64,000 nucleotides of DNA from the NCBI GenBank assembly GCA_951406725.2, contig OX597823.1, forward strand, positions 53,196,001-53,260,000, given 5' to 3'. The notes beneath the pieces are model-generated. The model saw only the letters and a program-made list of their open reading frames with translations, did not search any database and was not told the DNA's origin. The translations under genes and the position numbers were made by a program. Numbering within the stretch: the stretch's first letter is position 1; the number at the start of each line of letters is the position of its first letter. This stretch comes from Octopus vulgaris (Eukaryota). This document shows, in pieces, positions 1 to 13,390 of this stretch.

Positions 1-602
1 GTTCTTTAAGTTTCTTCATATAGCCTATCGAAAAATCTTCTCCTGCCTTTCAGTAGAATCGGTGTAGGTTTTGGTTTAGCTCAAAGCTCCTCTGAAATTT
101 CTCTCGATAGTTCGACAATTTGCTTTAGGTGACTCCCTTGCTCTTTCGCCAGCATGCTGTATGTATTGTAATTTTCCGCGTGATATGTATTTCACTACTT
201 GGTTATTGTTCGATGTTTCAAAAAAATTTTTTTTTTGCATTTACCCAAAGAAGATAACCATTCCTTTTACCAGACTTGTATTAATGGTTAAAAATTATAA
301 CCAACAAAATTATCTATAGTTTTGTGTGAACCACCTAATTTCATCCAATTTTTGGAAAGAATCTAATTACTATATTAGTTTATATGACTCGAAACTCTTT
401 CCATTTAGCTGAAAGTAGACCTTGCCCATTAACAGGATCCATAAGACCATTCATTATCTGGGAGAATGAAGAGTCCTCTATGCCCACGTTTTGTATTCAA
501 CAGCACGATGTAATCCAACGTATGTATGTATGTATGTATGTATGTATGTATGTATGCACATATGTATGTATGAATGAATGTGTGTATGTGAGCATGCATG
601 TA

Positions 603-1179
603 TAGGGGTTGGGCAAAATAATGGATACACCTTAAAATTTCAAACAAATTTATTTTAATATGGGTTAGGACCGCCTTTGGCAGTAATTACAGATTGAATT
701 GTAAGAGGTATGGACTCGTACAAAGTTTGAATTGTTTCCGAAGGAACTTTTGTCCATTCTTCAGTTAAAACATTTTTCAGTTCTTGTAGTGATGATGGTG
801 AAGGATATCGACTCCTTACTTGTTTCTCTAAAATGCGCCATAAATATTCAATAACATTGAGATCTGGGGACTGTGGTAACCAGATAAGATGTTCAACTTC
901 ACTAGAATTTTCCACGTACCATTCAGTAACAACTTGATCTGTGTGAATTGGTTCCTTAACATCCTGAAAGATTGCGTTTCCCTCCGGAAACAGTTCCGTA
1001 AACTGCCATGAAGTGAAACCATTGGGCCGGCGGATTTCCAAGATAACCCCCCCCTCGATCATCACAGATCTTCCTCCATGTTTAGCAGTTGGAAGAAGGC
1101 AGTCTGGATTAAATGCTTCTTTTGGCAGTCTCCACACGTATACTCGGCCGGTGGTCGGAAATAAGGTAAAGGATGACAA
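603..1179 (-). mobile_element. Tc1-family transposon remnant (transposase C-terminal half plus one terminal inverted repeat)
   Basis: ORF 655-1179 has Tc1 DDE motifs (GRVYVWR, IFQD, WLPQSPDLNVIEYLW, AKGGPNPY). A Tc1-like terminus GGGGTTGGGCAAAATAATGGATACACC follows TA at about 603. The upstream half is replaced by other sequence. Confidence 0.9.
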
Positions 1180-1405
1180 TAGTGAGATGTTATTGTTTCA
1201 CTTTTGACACGTAATACTGGAAGAGTGGAAGATATAAGAGATTGCTCTGGGCTCGCTTTGGGCAAGAAGTTGAAAATTTTGGGGGGCCATGTAGTGTCAT
1301 GGCATGTTTAAAATTTGAATGAAATCGGTTGTGTAGTTCACGAGTTTTAAGGATTCACATAGACAGACAAACACACACACACATTCTCATCTTTATATAT
1401 ATTGA
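1180..1405 (-). mobile_element. Non-autonomous Helitron-like 5' end fragment
   Basis: Minus strand reads A|TCAATATATATAAAGATGAGAATGTGTGTG..TGTCTGTCT..AACTACACAACCGATTTCATTCAAATTT, resembling invertebrate Helitron-N 5' ends (5' TC after a host A). It truncates the Tc1 copy. Confidence 0.55.
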
Positions 1406-1432
1406 TATATATATATACACATCATGATTATA

Positions 1433-1477
<45 letters not shown>

Positions 1478-2422
1478 TATATATATAAATATATATATAT
1501 ATAGCATATGATTATATATATATATGTATGTAAGAGTATATATATATATATATCTAACATATGGTTATATATATATATCTAACATACGTTCTTGTAATGC
1601 ACTTGATGGCAACTCATTTGACATGCAATATTGTGTTTAACTCTCGTGGAAACAGTAATTGTTACATGGTGAGTGTCATATGATCCTTTTTTTGGATACA
1701 ATTATACCTCCTTTCCTTTGAATTTTATCTATAAAATATAACTAGAGAATATCATACATTACAGGCTTTTGTCAAACATCCACGAAGTTGCTCACTATTA
1801 TTCATAATGATTACGATGCATAATCGTTCTTTCGCACAACAATTAGTGGTTACGTGGGAATGGGTGCGTACGTGTGTGTGTGTGTATTTACGTGGGTACG
1901 TGTGTGCGTATAATTGTTATTATATACACGTGTATGTGTATATATACAAATATACTTATTTATATATATACATCTATATATATAAATATACACACATGCA
2001 CACACAAACACGCACACATACATACACACACACACACAATGTCCTTTTCTGTGATGGTAAGATCAACAAAAAAGTATGACATCTGGTGTGAGACAGATAT
2101 TATTTAGTAATCTCAATATATGTTATGTGCTATTATCAGTTTCATGTAATGAGAGCATGTCAGACAGTACTTTTTAACACGTCTGGTGTCCCAGCACAAT
2201 CATCAGGCAGATAAAAATTAAGGAAAGAAATTATAATTGTGCCTATAAAGCTTCATATATATATATATACGGGTGTGTATGCGCGCGCGCATGCCTGCAT
2301 GTGTGCTTGTGTGTGTGAGTGCGTGTTGCTCTGTTTTCACCATAAAAATTTAGTTCGACTAAATTGACCTCAGTGCTTACTTTATGTCACCTACTTTTGT
2401 ATACGTATATATATATATATAT

Positions 2423-2457
2423 AAATTATTAAGGTGTTTTTTTTCACAATTTATTTG

Positions 2458-2533
<76 letters not shown>

Positions 2534-2566
2534 ACAAATTGTGTAAAAAAAACACCTTAATAATTT
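2423..2566. repeat. ~35-bp inverted repeat flanking a (TA)n tract
   Basis: AAATTATTAAGGTGTTTTTTTTCACAATTT (from ~2423) versus AAATTGTGTAAAAAAAACACCTTAATAATTT (to ~2566). Confidence 0.75.
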
Positions 2567-3427
2567 AATAATCTTGCGTTGATAGTACTACCGTTTACAA
2601 GAAATAGACTGTATAAGTGAACTATAGAATAACAGTACGAGGAGGTACCCGTATGTATTTTTTACAAGAAGAATCAAGCAATCTTTTTGCTCTCATGTCC
2701 TGCGAGTAACGTTTACAATTTAGCAGCTACACTACCCTTTGCCTGTTCAAAGTATTTTCATAAGTTCGTGCTAAATGTCAGATTTGTAGTTAGACCTTGC
2801 CTCATACATTCTGAACAATATGTTTTCCTAAGTCACAAGTTAATCTATTGATTGAAAAAAAAAATGGAAATATATATTATCAATGATACGTGGACGCCAG
2901 AGAAATATCTCCTGCGTATCACAAGTGTTACGAAGGAGAGGCAGAGCGTTAAGCACTGGCAGTCAAACAATCCCAAATTAGCTTCTAAGAATTCTTTTTT
3001 ATGGTGTGGTCAGTCCTGGATTATAATGCTTAATGAACTATAAAATGTATAATTCATACTTTGCAGATATGAATTATATCTATAAGTCGTCTAAAGTTGC
3101 GACCTAAGACAAGCAAAAGAATAGGTTCCCCAATTACAAAGGCCAATAGACTACTGGTGGCCGGGTAATCGTGTTACTGATTAAAATGGTTTCTGTACTG
3201 TTTGCTCTATCGAAATAGCAATTACAGCAATAGTTTTCAACCATTTCTTTTTCTTTTTTTTTACCTATAGACCCCTTTGATTCCAATTTTATTTGGACGG
3301 AGCTCCGTAGCCATTCCATGTTTTGAGAAAATCCCATTATATTTTTATAATTAAATATTATTTGGAATTGAATTTTAAAAATGTTAACATATATTGTGTA
3401 TTGTAGGAGTATAATCAAATTTTTTTG

Positions 3428-3592
3428 CGCCAGTCCATCGCAGCGTTACTCCTTTTTGCCAGCTGAGTGGACTGGAGCAACGTGAAATGAAGTGTTTTGC
3501 TCAAGAACGCAACGCGTCGCCCGGTCCAGGAATCGAAACAACAATCTTATGATCATGATGCTGACACCCTAACCACTAAGCCACGAGCCTCT
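3428..3592 (-). mobile_element. tRNA-derived SINE, family A
   Basis: Minus strand has A-box TGGCTTAGTGG, B-box GTTTCGATTCC, then CTTGAGCAAAACACTT...CCAGTCCACTCAGCTGG. Homologous copies lie at 24120, 31560 and 50730. Confidence 0.85.
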
Positions 3593-3906
3593 ACATAATC
3601 AAATTATTGCACATAAATTTTCACAAAATTTTATACAGATCCCTAAGAGTCAGATGCACCCCGGTTGAGAACCACCGGATTTTCTTTGTTTTAGAAAAAT
3701 CTCCCTTATTTTACTGGGTTTTCGTTTTAGCGCGCGTAAGGTTAAGCAGGCGATAATGGTTTGTTTTCAGCTTCTTGCATAAATGCACACTTTGCATTTA
3801 CTCCTGAAACGCTTATCTAGAATAATAAATCTGAGGGGTTTTGCTGCATTTTGTATTAACATTCTTCTAGGAGACCTACTAAATAATCTATAATATGTGT
3901 TATTAA

Positions 3907-4280
3907 GGCGCAGGTGGGGCTGTGTGGCAAGAAGTTTGCTTCCCAAGCACATAGTTCCGGGTTAAGTTCTACTGCGTGACACCTTGGCTAGTATATTCTA
4001 CAATAGCTCCGAGCCGAGCAAAGCTTTGTGAGTAGATTCGGTTGATGTAAACTGGAAGAATATACGTGTGTGTCTTTGCGTATGTGTTTGTCCCCACCCA
4101 CCTCAAGACAACCGGTGTTGGTTTGTTTACATACCCGTAATTTAGCTGTTGGACAACAGAGACTGACAGAATAAGTACCTGACTTAGGAAAAATAATTAC
4201 TGTGGTCGATTCGTTTCACTAAACCCATCAACGCGGTGTCCCAGCATGGTTGCAGACCTATCATTGACACAAGTTTAAAA
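3907..4280 (+). mobile_element. tRNA-derived SINE, family B (octopus OR/OK-like), near full length
   Basis: GGCGCAGG..GGCTGTGTGG head, CORE-like CACCTTGG segment, internal (GT)n and an AGAATAAGTAC...CCAGCATGG tail shared with many copies in the window. Confidence 0.85.
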
Positions 4281-4590
4281 AAAAGAATAGATAAACATTC
4301 TTTAAATATCGTTAACTATTTTTGGAGAATGAATAATTGATTGAAATGTCAATACAGTCAAGTTCACTAAAAATTGAAATAGATATGCTAAGGTCAAATC
4401 TGAAAGGAAATGTTAAGCTGTTGCAGCGAAACAGCTTAACGGAAGCGAACCAATTGTCAAAACATTAAAAAAAATGAAAAAAAGTACCATAGCCAGCATA
4501 TTAACTAAATCTTCAAGATAATCTAATATGATGTCAGTACCCATATGTGTGTGTGTGTGTGTCTGTCTGTCTATGTTTGTATGTATGTAT

Positions 4591-4968
4591 GAAGGGAAAA
4601 TAGGAAAGCTTCTGTTTAAATGAAAAGTTTTACAAAACCTTTATATTTTTGGCGCAAAGGCTCATCCTCAGAAGGAAAAAACAGTCTGGAAACTGTCTAT
4701 TTATACAGGTTCCGTTAACCCATTCAAATCACTCAGCGTTATGTTAGCAGTAGCAGTCACTCTCCGAATGTTGGTGTAATCGACGTTCCAAGTGTTGGTG
4801 TAAACAAGCTTCTAAATATGGCTGTAGCTTATATAAGGCTGAGAGATTTGAACGGGTTAATGGAACCTGTATCACTAGACATTTTCCAGACTGTTTTTCT
4901 TCTGAGGATGGGCCATCGTGAAATTCTTCGCATTGTCAGAAGCTTTCCTATTTTCCGTTTTTCCCTTC
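4591..4968. repeat. Fold-back element: ~140-150-bp imperfect inverted arms with a degenerate HHR-like core
   Basis: 4591-4742 is the imperfect reverse complement of 4833-4968. The right arm contains CTGAGGA..GAAA..GTC (4902-4937). Confidence 0.75.
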
Positions 4969-5012
4969 TTCGATATTATGTTTCAAACGAAATACAACGT
5001 TCATATACATAC

Positions 5013-5048
<36 letters not shown>

Positions 5049-5164
5049 GTGTGTGTGCGAGTGTGTGTGTGCGTGTGCGTTTGTGTGTGCGTGTGTGTGT
5101 GTGTGCTCGCGTGTGTGTATACGTATATATATATACATATTTATAAATATACATACATAAATAT

Positions 5165-5210
<46 letters not shown>

Positions 5211-5230
5211 ATATATATACACATGTATGT

Positions 5231-5264
<34 letters not shown>

Positions 5265-5332
5265 ATACAAATATATATATATACATGTATGTATATAAAT
5301 ATATATATATACATATATACATATATATATAC

Positions 5333-5379
<47 letters not shown>

Positions 5380-5392
5380 TATATATACATGT

Positions 5393-5530
5393 ATCGGCAA
5401 AAGAGACCGATAGAATAAGTACTGGGCTTACAAAAGAATAAGTCCCGGGGTCGAGTTGCTCGATTAAAGGCGGTGCTCCAGCATGGCCGCAGTCAAATGA
5501 CTGAAACAAGTAAAAGAGTAAAAGAGTAAA
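5393..5530 (+). mobile_element. SINE family B 3' portion
   Basis: TCGGCAAAAGAGACCGATAGAATAAGTACT...GGCGGTGCTCCAGCATGGCCGCAGTCAAATGACTGAAACAAG followed by a TAAAAGAG tail. Confidence 0.85.
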
Positions 5531-5533
5531 GAG

Positions 5534-5589
<56 letters not shown>

Positions 5590-5704
5590 CATATATATGT
5601 GTGTGCGTGCGCGTGTGTGTGTGTGCGCGTGTGTGTGTGTGCGCGCGTGTGTGTATACGTATATATATATATATATATACATATTTATAAATATACATAC
5701 ATAA

Positions 5705-5788
<84 letters not shown>

Positions 5789-5789
5789 G

Positions 5790-5871
<82 letters not shown>

Positions 5872-5924
5872 TACATGTATGTATATATATATACATATAT
5901 ATATATGTATACATACATATATAT

Positions 5925-6935
5925 ATTGTCCGGTTTTTGTTACCACTCACCCTCCGTTAAAATGTTTCAACGAAGTCGCGTATTGTCCTTAACCTCGTAA
6001 TGCGGGGAAGATGAAACAGGGACAACTGATGAAGGGGAATATTCTTTATGTTGCATGTCTCGGTTCTCTGTATATTTTTTTCGTTGTTAGTTTTCTATGT
6101 TTTTGTTCTTATGTTTTCTTTTCTCATTGTGTCTACGTTTTTTTTTTGATGTCCTGTACCCATATATGCATGTATATATATACATATATGTAGGTATGTA
6201 CATGTATGTATGAATATATGCATATATTTACATATTATTTATATTATATGATCGAACGCCACACATCCTTTTCCAAGTAAGTTTTATCTTAATAAACATG
6301 ATGCGTACTCTTCTCCTATCTCTTCTCTGTCTATCTATCTCACTCTCTTGTTCTTCCTTTCTGTTTTTCTCTCACACCCTTTCCCTATTCTTCTCCTTTC
6401 CCCTTCACCGTTCCTACTCTCTCTCACTCTTCCTCCTTGATTCTCTCGTCGCTGACACGTGACGAAAGGCGATCTATCTTTCTTCCACTTCCCTTGTAAA
6501 GACAAGACGTGCTTTTACCTGTCTCTTCTCATAGCTCGTCTTTCTAGCGCTCATAATCTTTCACCTCGTTATGGCTTAACAGCCCTCACCGTTTGTTTTT
6601 ACTGTCTTGTTCTCACTGTCCTGTTTTTGTTACCACTTTCACCCTCCGCAAAAAATCCCAAATTTTATTTGCTTTGCAGGAAGGATTGTTTCAATGAAGT
6701 CGTGTATTATCCTTACCTTCAATGCGCGGAGTACATGAAACAGAGACAACTGATGAAAGGAATCTTCTTTTCGTTGCATGTCTCAGTTCTCTATTTGTTT
6801 CTTTCGTTGTTCAAAAAAATTTTCGTTTTCTATGTTTTTGTTCTTGTTTTCGTTTTTTATTGTCTACATGTTTCTGATGTCCTGTGCCCATATGTGCATG
6901 TATATATACATATATATGTAGGTATGTACATTTAT
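5925..6935 (+). repeat. Two direct copies (~5925-6200, ~6618-6935) of a pLTR-like repeat containing ACAACTGATGAA(G/A)GG; third copy at ~39770-39945 on the minus strand
   Basis: Shared TGTCC.GTTTTTGTTACCACT..ACCCTCCG, TGTTTCAA.GAAGTCG.GTATT, GAAACAG.GACAACTGATGAA and TGTCCTGT.CCCATAT blocks. Confidence 0.75.
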
Positions 6936-7079
6936 GTATGCATATATGCATACATAAATTTATTTATATATACATATACATATATATATATACACACATA
7001 TATATACATAAATATATACATATATATATACATACATATATACATATACATATATATAACACACACATATATATATATA

Positions 7080-7154
<75 letters not shown>

Positions 7155-7508
7155 GTATATATATGTGTATATATATATGTATACTCACCTGTCATGCCTC
7201 CAGACTTAGTGTTTGTATATACATATATACACACACAAACATAAGTAAGATAATCGTATTTTCATAGCCATATCAATTTAGATGTTCTTTTTATCAATAA
7301 CATAAGAAACGTATGCATTTCGTTTTACAGGATTTAAATTTGCACAATGACAGGCAGAATCTGTCTGTGTAAAACGAAGGACAAGTATACCGGTTTGTGT
7401 GTGCGCCCGCGTACATATGTTGTGTGTGTGTGATTATGTATATGTGTCTATATATGTGTGCGTACACATATATATATATATATATATATACACAAACATA
7501 TATACATC

Positions 7509-7593
<85 letters not shown>

Positions 7594-8789
7594 ATATGTA
7601 CATGGGATGGGGTGCCCAATGAGGAGTTGTTACTGCATTTTTGACTTTAAGAAAAAATATATGTTTTAACAAATGTTCAACCACATACAAAAACTCGTCG
7701 AGTTTAATTCCGATTTCCTCCTGGATAAGACCAAAAGAAATGTTATACTAATTATCTAGAAGTTGTGTATTTCTGCTCCCAATATTCTTTCCAGGTCTGA
7801 AATAATTGTCTTTTCTCTTTCTACCTAGCCAAATAAACATTCATTTCTTACTTTCTCTTTCTTTCTTTTTTTTTTTCTTTCAAATATCTGAAAGTATTAA
7901 ACACTGTATTAAACATAAATGGGAAGTCTCATATAGTCGAACAATCAATCCCGGCATACGCTTATTGATCTCAAAATGCCATGGAGAAACGATCCAGACA
8001 TATCTGGTTTTTGTATTTATTCTTGATGTGAAATCATGTATTTAAAAGACGGGTTGCTGTATTTTGAGGAGGATCATTTTGCCAATATGAAACAAATGCA
8101 CTGGTCTCGTATCACTTTTTATAATTAACCATTTAGGTTAATTCTCCGTCTTTACGTTCTGAGTTCAAATTCCGTGGTGCCTCTCCATGGCCATATCTTT
8201 GAACTGAAACTCATAAAAGAATAAAAGAATTATGGTCGACTTGACCTATCGTTTTTTTAAGATCAATGAAATAAATAACATTTAGTACCGTTGTCAATGC
8301 AATTTTTAGCCGCAGAGTTTTGCGTTTTGAAATCAACTTTTTCCTTTCATCCTTCCAAGATCGATAAGATAAAATATCAGTGAGACACTGGAGTCGACTT
8401 AATCGACTTAATCCTTCTTTAAAATTTTTTTGTCTTGAGCTTTTAGAAATTGTTACATTTTATGATCCACCAGATAGGAAATACGATGCAGCGCCGAACC
8501 ATAATATACCTTAGGGGTTGTTACTAACGCAGCCAACATTTTTGATTTCAAATCACTCTAGTGTCTGCCACCATTTAAGTAAGGGGTCGATTAAATTAAC
8601 TCTACCTTCTTCAAGAATACGTTTCTTGTCTTGTGACGTAGGTAATAATCTTAGCAGAGTCATTAGTGCGTCGAAAAAAATGTAATTTGCACTCAGAACT
8701 AATGCACTTGTAGTGATGATTCGAAACCAAACCTCTTGATACGCAGTTAGACATCACGAGCAAACCACCATATTTTCATGCGATCGGTC

Positions 8790-8960
8790 TGTCAGCCAAC
8801 CAATCAGCGTGATACGATGGCAGGGACAAGTTTTCTCTAATATTCTAGAATTTGATTTCCGGTCTCCTATAAAAAAAACCACTCGGCGTGCATTTTTTAC
8901 CAGTCAAGCAACCCAGGAAGGCGACTTAGATGGCGCAGATAAATAACAGGAAGCCACAAA
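8790..8960. promoter_or_regulatory. Candidate cis-regulatory cluster (CCAAT, YY1-like, ETS-like)
   Basis: AACCAATCAG at 8798-8807, AGATGGCG at ~8928 and CAGGAAG twice, in unique, relatively CpG-rich sequence. Confidence 0.25.
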
Positions 8961-10148
8961 TATAACACAATCGTTACTAGTTATATTGGGCAAACCGCAT
9001 ATTGCCGTAGCAGTATTTTGCTGTAGACTCCAAACAGTGTTTCTCTCCCAGTAAAGTATGTAATTATTGTTGTTGTTATCTACAAACGGCCGACGCATTT
9101 TGTTTTTCTATGCGATAATAAAATCTGTTAAAAGTTCGTGGGTGATGTTCAGCTGCTTCTACTCGCAACCCAAGAAACATTTTCATTCATCTGCTCAGCC
9201 AGTCACCACCGCAAACCAACCTACCAACCTACAGACCGAAATGAACTCAAGTCAGCTGTTCCTCTACTCCAGCTGTTTCGTTTACTTTCTTTAATAAAGA
9301 GTAATTAGTACATTTCCAGAAGAGCATATACTTGTAGGGACCTAATAATTTTCTTTTTTTTTTTTTTGTATATTTCTCTATTTTCTTACCATAGAGTCAT
9401 GGAATGAGAGTATTCAAGAGGACTTGTTTTTCGGGGTCTCCAAGACTGATAGAAAAGAGGAAGTTGTCTTCAAGGTAGAGACATAGTTGAGTAAACTCAG
9501 CTAGAGACGCCAGGGAGTAAACAGGTGCCGGATTAAATCTTTATACAAAAGACAGAACATGATTCACATGGCTTCTCATTCGACACTCTAATACCCGATA
9601 CTCAATGCCATCTCACCATGAATTGGTGTCTTATTATATCGATCCAAAAAGACGAAATGCAAAGCTAGTCTTCGCTGTTTGAGCTCAAAGCGCAGGGAGA
9701 AAAAAAAAACATTTATTGTATCTTATGTTCTAATAATTCTGTGAATACATTACTGGTATTTATTTAAGCAAAGAAGCTGTTGTATGTTAGTCGAAGCTGC
9801 ATGCTAAAACAGCTAAACCTCCCTCAAATCACATATAATTGTTTGAAAATAAAAAAACAAAAATGATGTAATTCTAGAGATATGATACCCGGCAACAAAA
9901 CAAACGGTGTGGTCACGGCTGGAACATCTTTGATAATATGTTTGATTGTTCAGAGCTAATCTAGATTTGTGCAGTAACAATTACAACTGGTAGTTATTTA
10001 AGAGAAAGATAAGGTAAAAAATTAATAATAATAATTAACTCTAGCTTTAACATAACTCGATCTCAGGATACTGAAGCCAAAAACAAACAAAAAAATCTAT
10101 AAAAAAGCTTTCTAATGCATATAGAAAAGTGAACGTTAAAAAAGTTAT

Positions 10149-10194
<46 letters not shown>

Positions 10195-10210
10195 ATATAT
10201 ATATATTTAT

Positions 10211-10403
10211 TATAGAAGGAGCTTCTACAGGACTAGAACTGTTTCATTCAAGAGAAATCTTCAGGAAGCTTCCTGAAGATTTCTCTTGAATGAAACAGTT
10301 CTAGTCCTGTAGAAGCTCCTTCTATATAATAAATTAATTTTACTCTGCTATGTATTGAGTACCTTATTTACTGTGGTTAACCCCGAATCAACCCGGGACC
10401 TAC
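10211..10403. mobile_element. Penelope-type pLTR-like element with a perfect 116-bp palindrome (10211-10326) carrying an HHR on each strand
   Basis: 58-bp arms are centred on GGAAG|CTTCC (10268/10269). The element is flanked by (TA)n. The same family occurs at 23023-23140. Confidence 0.85.
10267..10317 (+). ncRNA. Type I hammerhead ribozyme (mirror copy on minus strand at 10220-10270)
   Basis: Stem I AGCTTC/GAAGCT; core CTGAAGA; stem II TTC-TCTT-GAA closed by a U.U pair; GAAA; stem III ACAG/CTGT; GUA cleavage triplet. Confidence 0.8.
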
Positions 10404-10429
10404 ATATATATATATATATAGATAAATAT

Positions 10430-10820
10430 TCTTTAATTCTTTTACGCGTTCATACTGGAGCACCGCGTTGGAGGGATTTAGTTAAACAAAGACCCCAGAG
10501 ACTTATTTCTTAAGCCTAGTCTCTTTTTCCCGAACCGCTAAGTTACGGTAACGTAAACACACCACACCGGTTGTCAAACGGTAATGGGGAGACAAATACA
10601 GATGCAAACACATACACACGTGGCTATGTAGAGAGACAGATATATGCACACACACACACGCGTATATATATAGAGAGAGATATATAGATATACACACACA
10701 CAACAGTCTTCTTTCAGTTTCCATTTACCAAGTCCATATGCCCAAGGTGGTATGCAGTGAGACTGAACCAGAACCATGTGGTTGGGAACCATGCTTCTTA
10801 CCACACAGCCACGCCTGCGC
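10430..10820 (-). mobile_element. SINE family B, near full length
   Basis: Head GGCGCAGGCGTGGCTGTGTGGTAAG at ~10820, CACCTTGGGCA, an internal microsatellite and the family tail. Confidence 0.85.
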
Positions 10821-10854
10821 CTATATATACATACATACATACATACACACACAT

Positions 10855-10893
<39 letters not shown>

Positions 10894-10945
10894 CATATGT
10901 ATGTATGTATGTATGTATATATATATATATATGCATATATGCGTG

Positions 10946-10976
<31 letters not shown>

Positions 10977-11339
10977 ATATATGTGTGTGTGTGTGTCTAT
11001 ATATATATGTATGTATGTATGTATGTGTCTATATATATATATGTGTGTATATATATATATGTATGTATATATATATGTGTGTGTATATATATATATGTAT
11101 GTATGTATGCGTGTACGCACGTTTGTATATGTGTGTGTTTGTGTGTCTGTATGAGCGTGTGTATGAATATATGTACGTGTATACATACATAAATAAATAT
11201 ACACAAATGTATGTATGTATGTATGTATGTGAAGAAAAAAAACAAGGTCGATCTAACCATTTCTGCCACATCGCTGCCGTAACACGATTGCTACTACACG
11301 AACGTGGAGGTGGGGGGGGGGGAGGAAGTATGTGTACAT

Positions 11340-11550
11340 TTAAAGAAATAGGCGGGGTCTTCATTTGAAATATTTCTGAAAACGTTCGCGCACGCGCACA
11401 CAAAATCACACACATTCACGCAAGCACACATACGCGTAAAACCACACTGCGCACAGCCACACAAATACAAAGACACACTCCAGAGAAAAAGCGTCAGCGA
11501 TGACGTCAGGATATAAAGTCTTTTAAAATCAGCCTCTTGTCACTTAATTG
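11340..11550 (+). promoter_or_regulatory. Candidate CRE-TATA-Inr promoter
   Basis: GC box AGGCGGGG at ~11350, half-CRE CGTCA at 11492, full CRE TGACGTCA at 11501-11508, TATAAAG at 11512 and Inr-like TCACTT with its A at 11542, 30 bp after the TATA. Confidence 0.4.
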
Positions 11551-12013
11551 TAAACGCCCACTATCGCTTCCAAATGTACACAACGTGTTAAAGCAAGCGG
11601 CTAAACAATTCTGTTAGCATTAAATATACACTCATATTTGCACATGCACGTTAATATGCATTACTGTTGTGTGTGTGCGTACGTGTGTATGTGTGTTTAT
11701 ATGTGTGTGTGTGTGGTCTCTGTGTTTTGCGTGTGTAAGTGTGTGTGTGTATGTGTGTATGAATACGTACATAAATATACATGTATATATATGCTATCCA
11801 TGCAATGCATGTATCTGTGGTATAATAATGAATGCAAATAATGCATCAGATTTAAATATAATTTCATTTCGCTAAGAAAAAAGGCGAACACATAGTATGA
11901 TGTAACCTGCTTCTATTAAATGATTTTGATTTTAACATTCCTAACAACAGTATATATATATGTATGTGTGTATGTGTATGTATGTATGTATGTATCTATC
12001 TATCTATCTATAT

Positions 12014-12077
<64 letters not shown>

Positions 12078-12563
12078 TACATATATATATATACTTACTT
12101 ACATAAATACATAAATACACATAGATGGATATATTTTTATATTCAGCCAGATAGATAGATAGATAGATAGAAAGGACTGTATGTATCTAGCTCACTCTCT
12201 TTCCACGCTCACTATATAAATATATATACATGTATACATGCATATATGCATACTTTCACACACATACGCACACATAAATGTATGCCGGCGTACACCCACC
12301 CACATTCATACTTACATACATACATACATACATACGTACATACATACATACATACGTACATACATACATACATACATACATAGACATACACATACATAGA
12401 TACAAATACATATATACTTACACACACATATATACATGCATACATATATTACCTATACCATTCACCTCTTAGTTTATACAACTGTAAACACTATGACAGA
12501 TACAATATGTCTTGTGGTTGTGTTTGTAGTTGCTGTGGTAGTGTAGTGGCGGTGGTGTTGTGT

Positions 12564-12619
<56 letters not shown>

Positions 12620-12807
12620 ATGGTGGTTGACCTTACAGACCTGCTGACCTTAAACATGTTCATCATTATGTTACCCTGCTCCACACGCCTCTACCTCCTT
12701 CATCGAATTATCAAACTTATTCTCAAGCATTTTTTTTCATTTTTCATCACTTTCTACTTTGCTCTTTTCATTTATCGCATTACTTCTTTTTCTAAATCTC
12801 CACCTTC

Positions 12808-12840
<33 letters not shown>

Positions 12841-12976
12841 TTCATCATCAATATTCTAATATTTTTTCTTCATCTTTTCTGCTTGCTCCTCTTCTCCTTT
12901 TCCTTCTTCCTCTCCTCCTTTTTATCATTATTGTTGTTATTATTTCATATACGCACAACATATTAGACTGTTGGAA

Positions 12977-13045
<69 letters not shown>

Positions 13046-13074
13046 CATTATTTTTATTATTATTATTCAGCAGG

Positions 13075-13147
13075 TGCCCTCGGCTCGACCAAAACTTTGT
13101 GAATGCATTTGGAGAGAGAAACTGAAGAAAACACGTTGTGTGTGTGC

Positions 13148-13190
<43 letters not shown>

Positions 13191-13390
13191 TGTTTGCCCA
13201 CCACCACCCGTTCACAACTGGTTTTGGTGTGTTTACGTCCCCATAAATTAGTGGTTCGTCAAAATATATCGACAGAATAAATGCCAGGCTTAGAAAGACA
13301 ATGTAATGGAGTCGATTCATCCAACTACAACTACTTCAAGGCAGTGTCCTAACATGGCTACAGTTAATGACTGAAACAAGTAAAATATAA
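13075..13390 (+). mobile_element. SINE family B, 5'-truncated
   Basis: CTCGACCAAAACTTTGTGAATGCATTTGG...(GT)n...ACAGAATAAATGCCAGGCTT...AATGACTGAAACAAG. Confidence 0.8.

Noticed and set aside
1-340. Possible mariner 5' end on the minus strand (ATTAGGTGGTTCACACAAAA at ~340)
   Set aside because: There is only a weak TIR resemblance and no transposase motif could be read.
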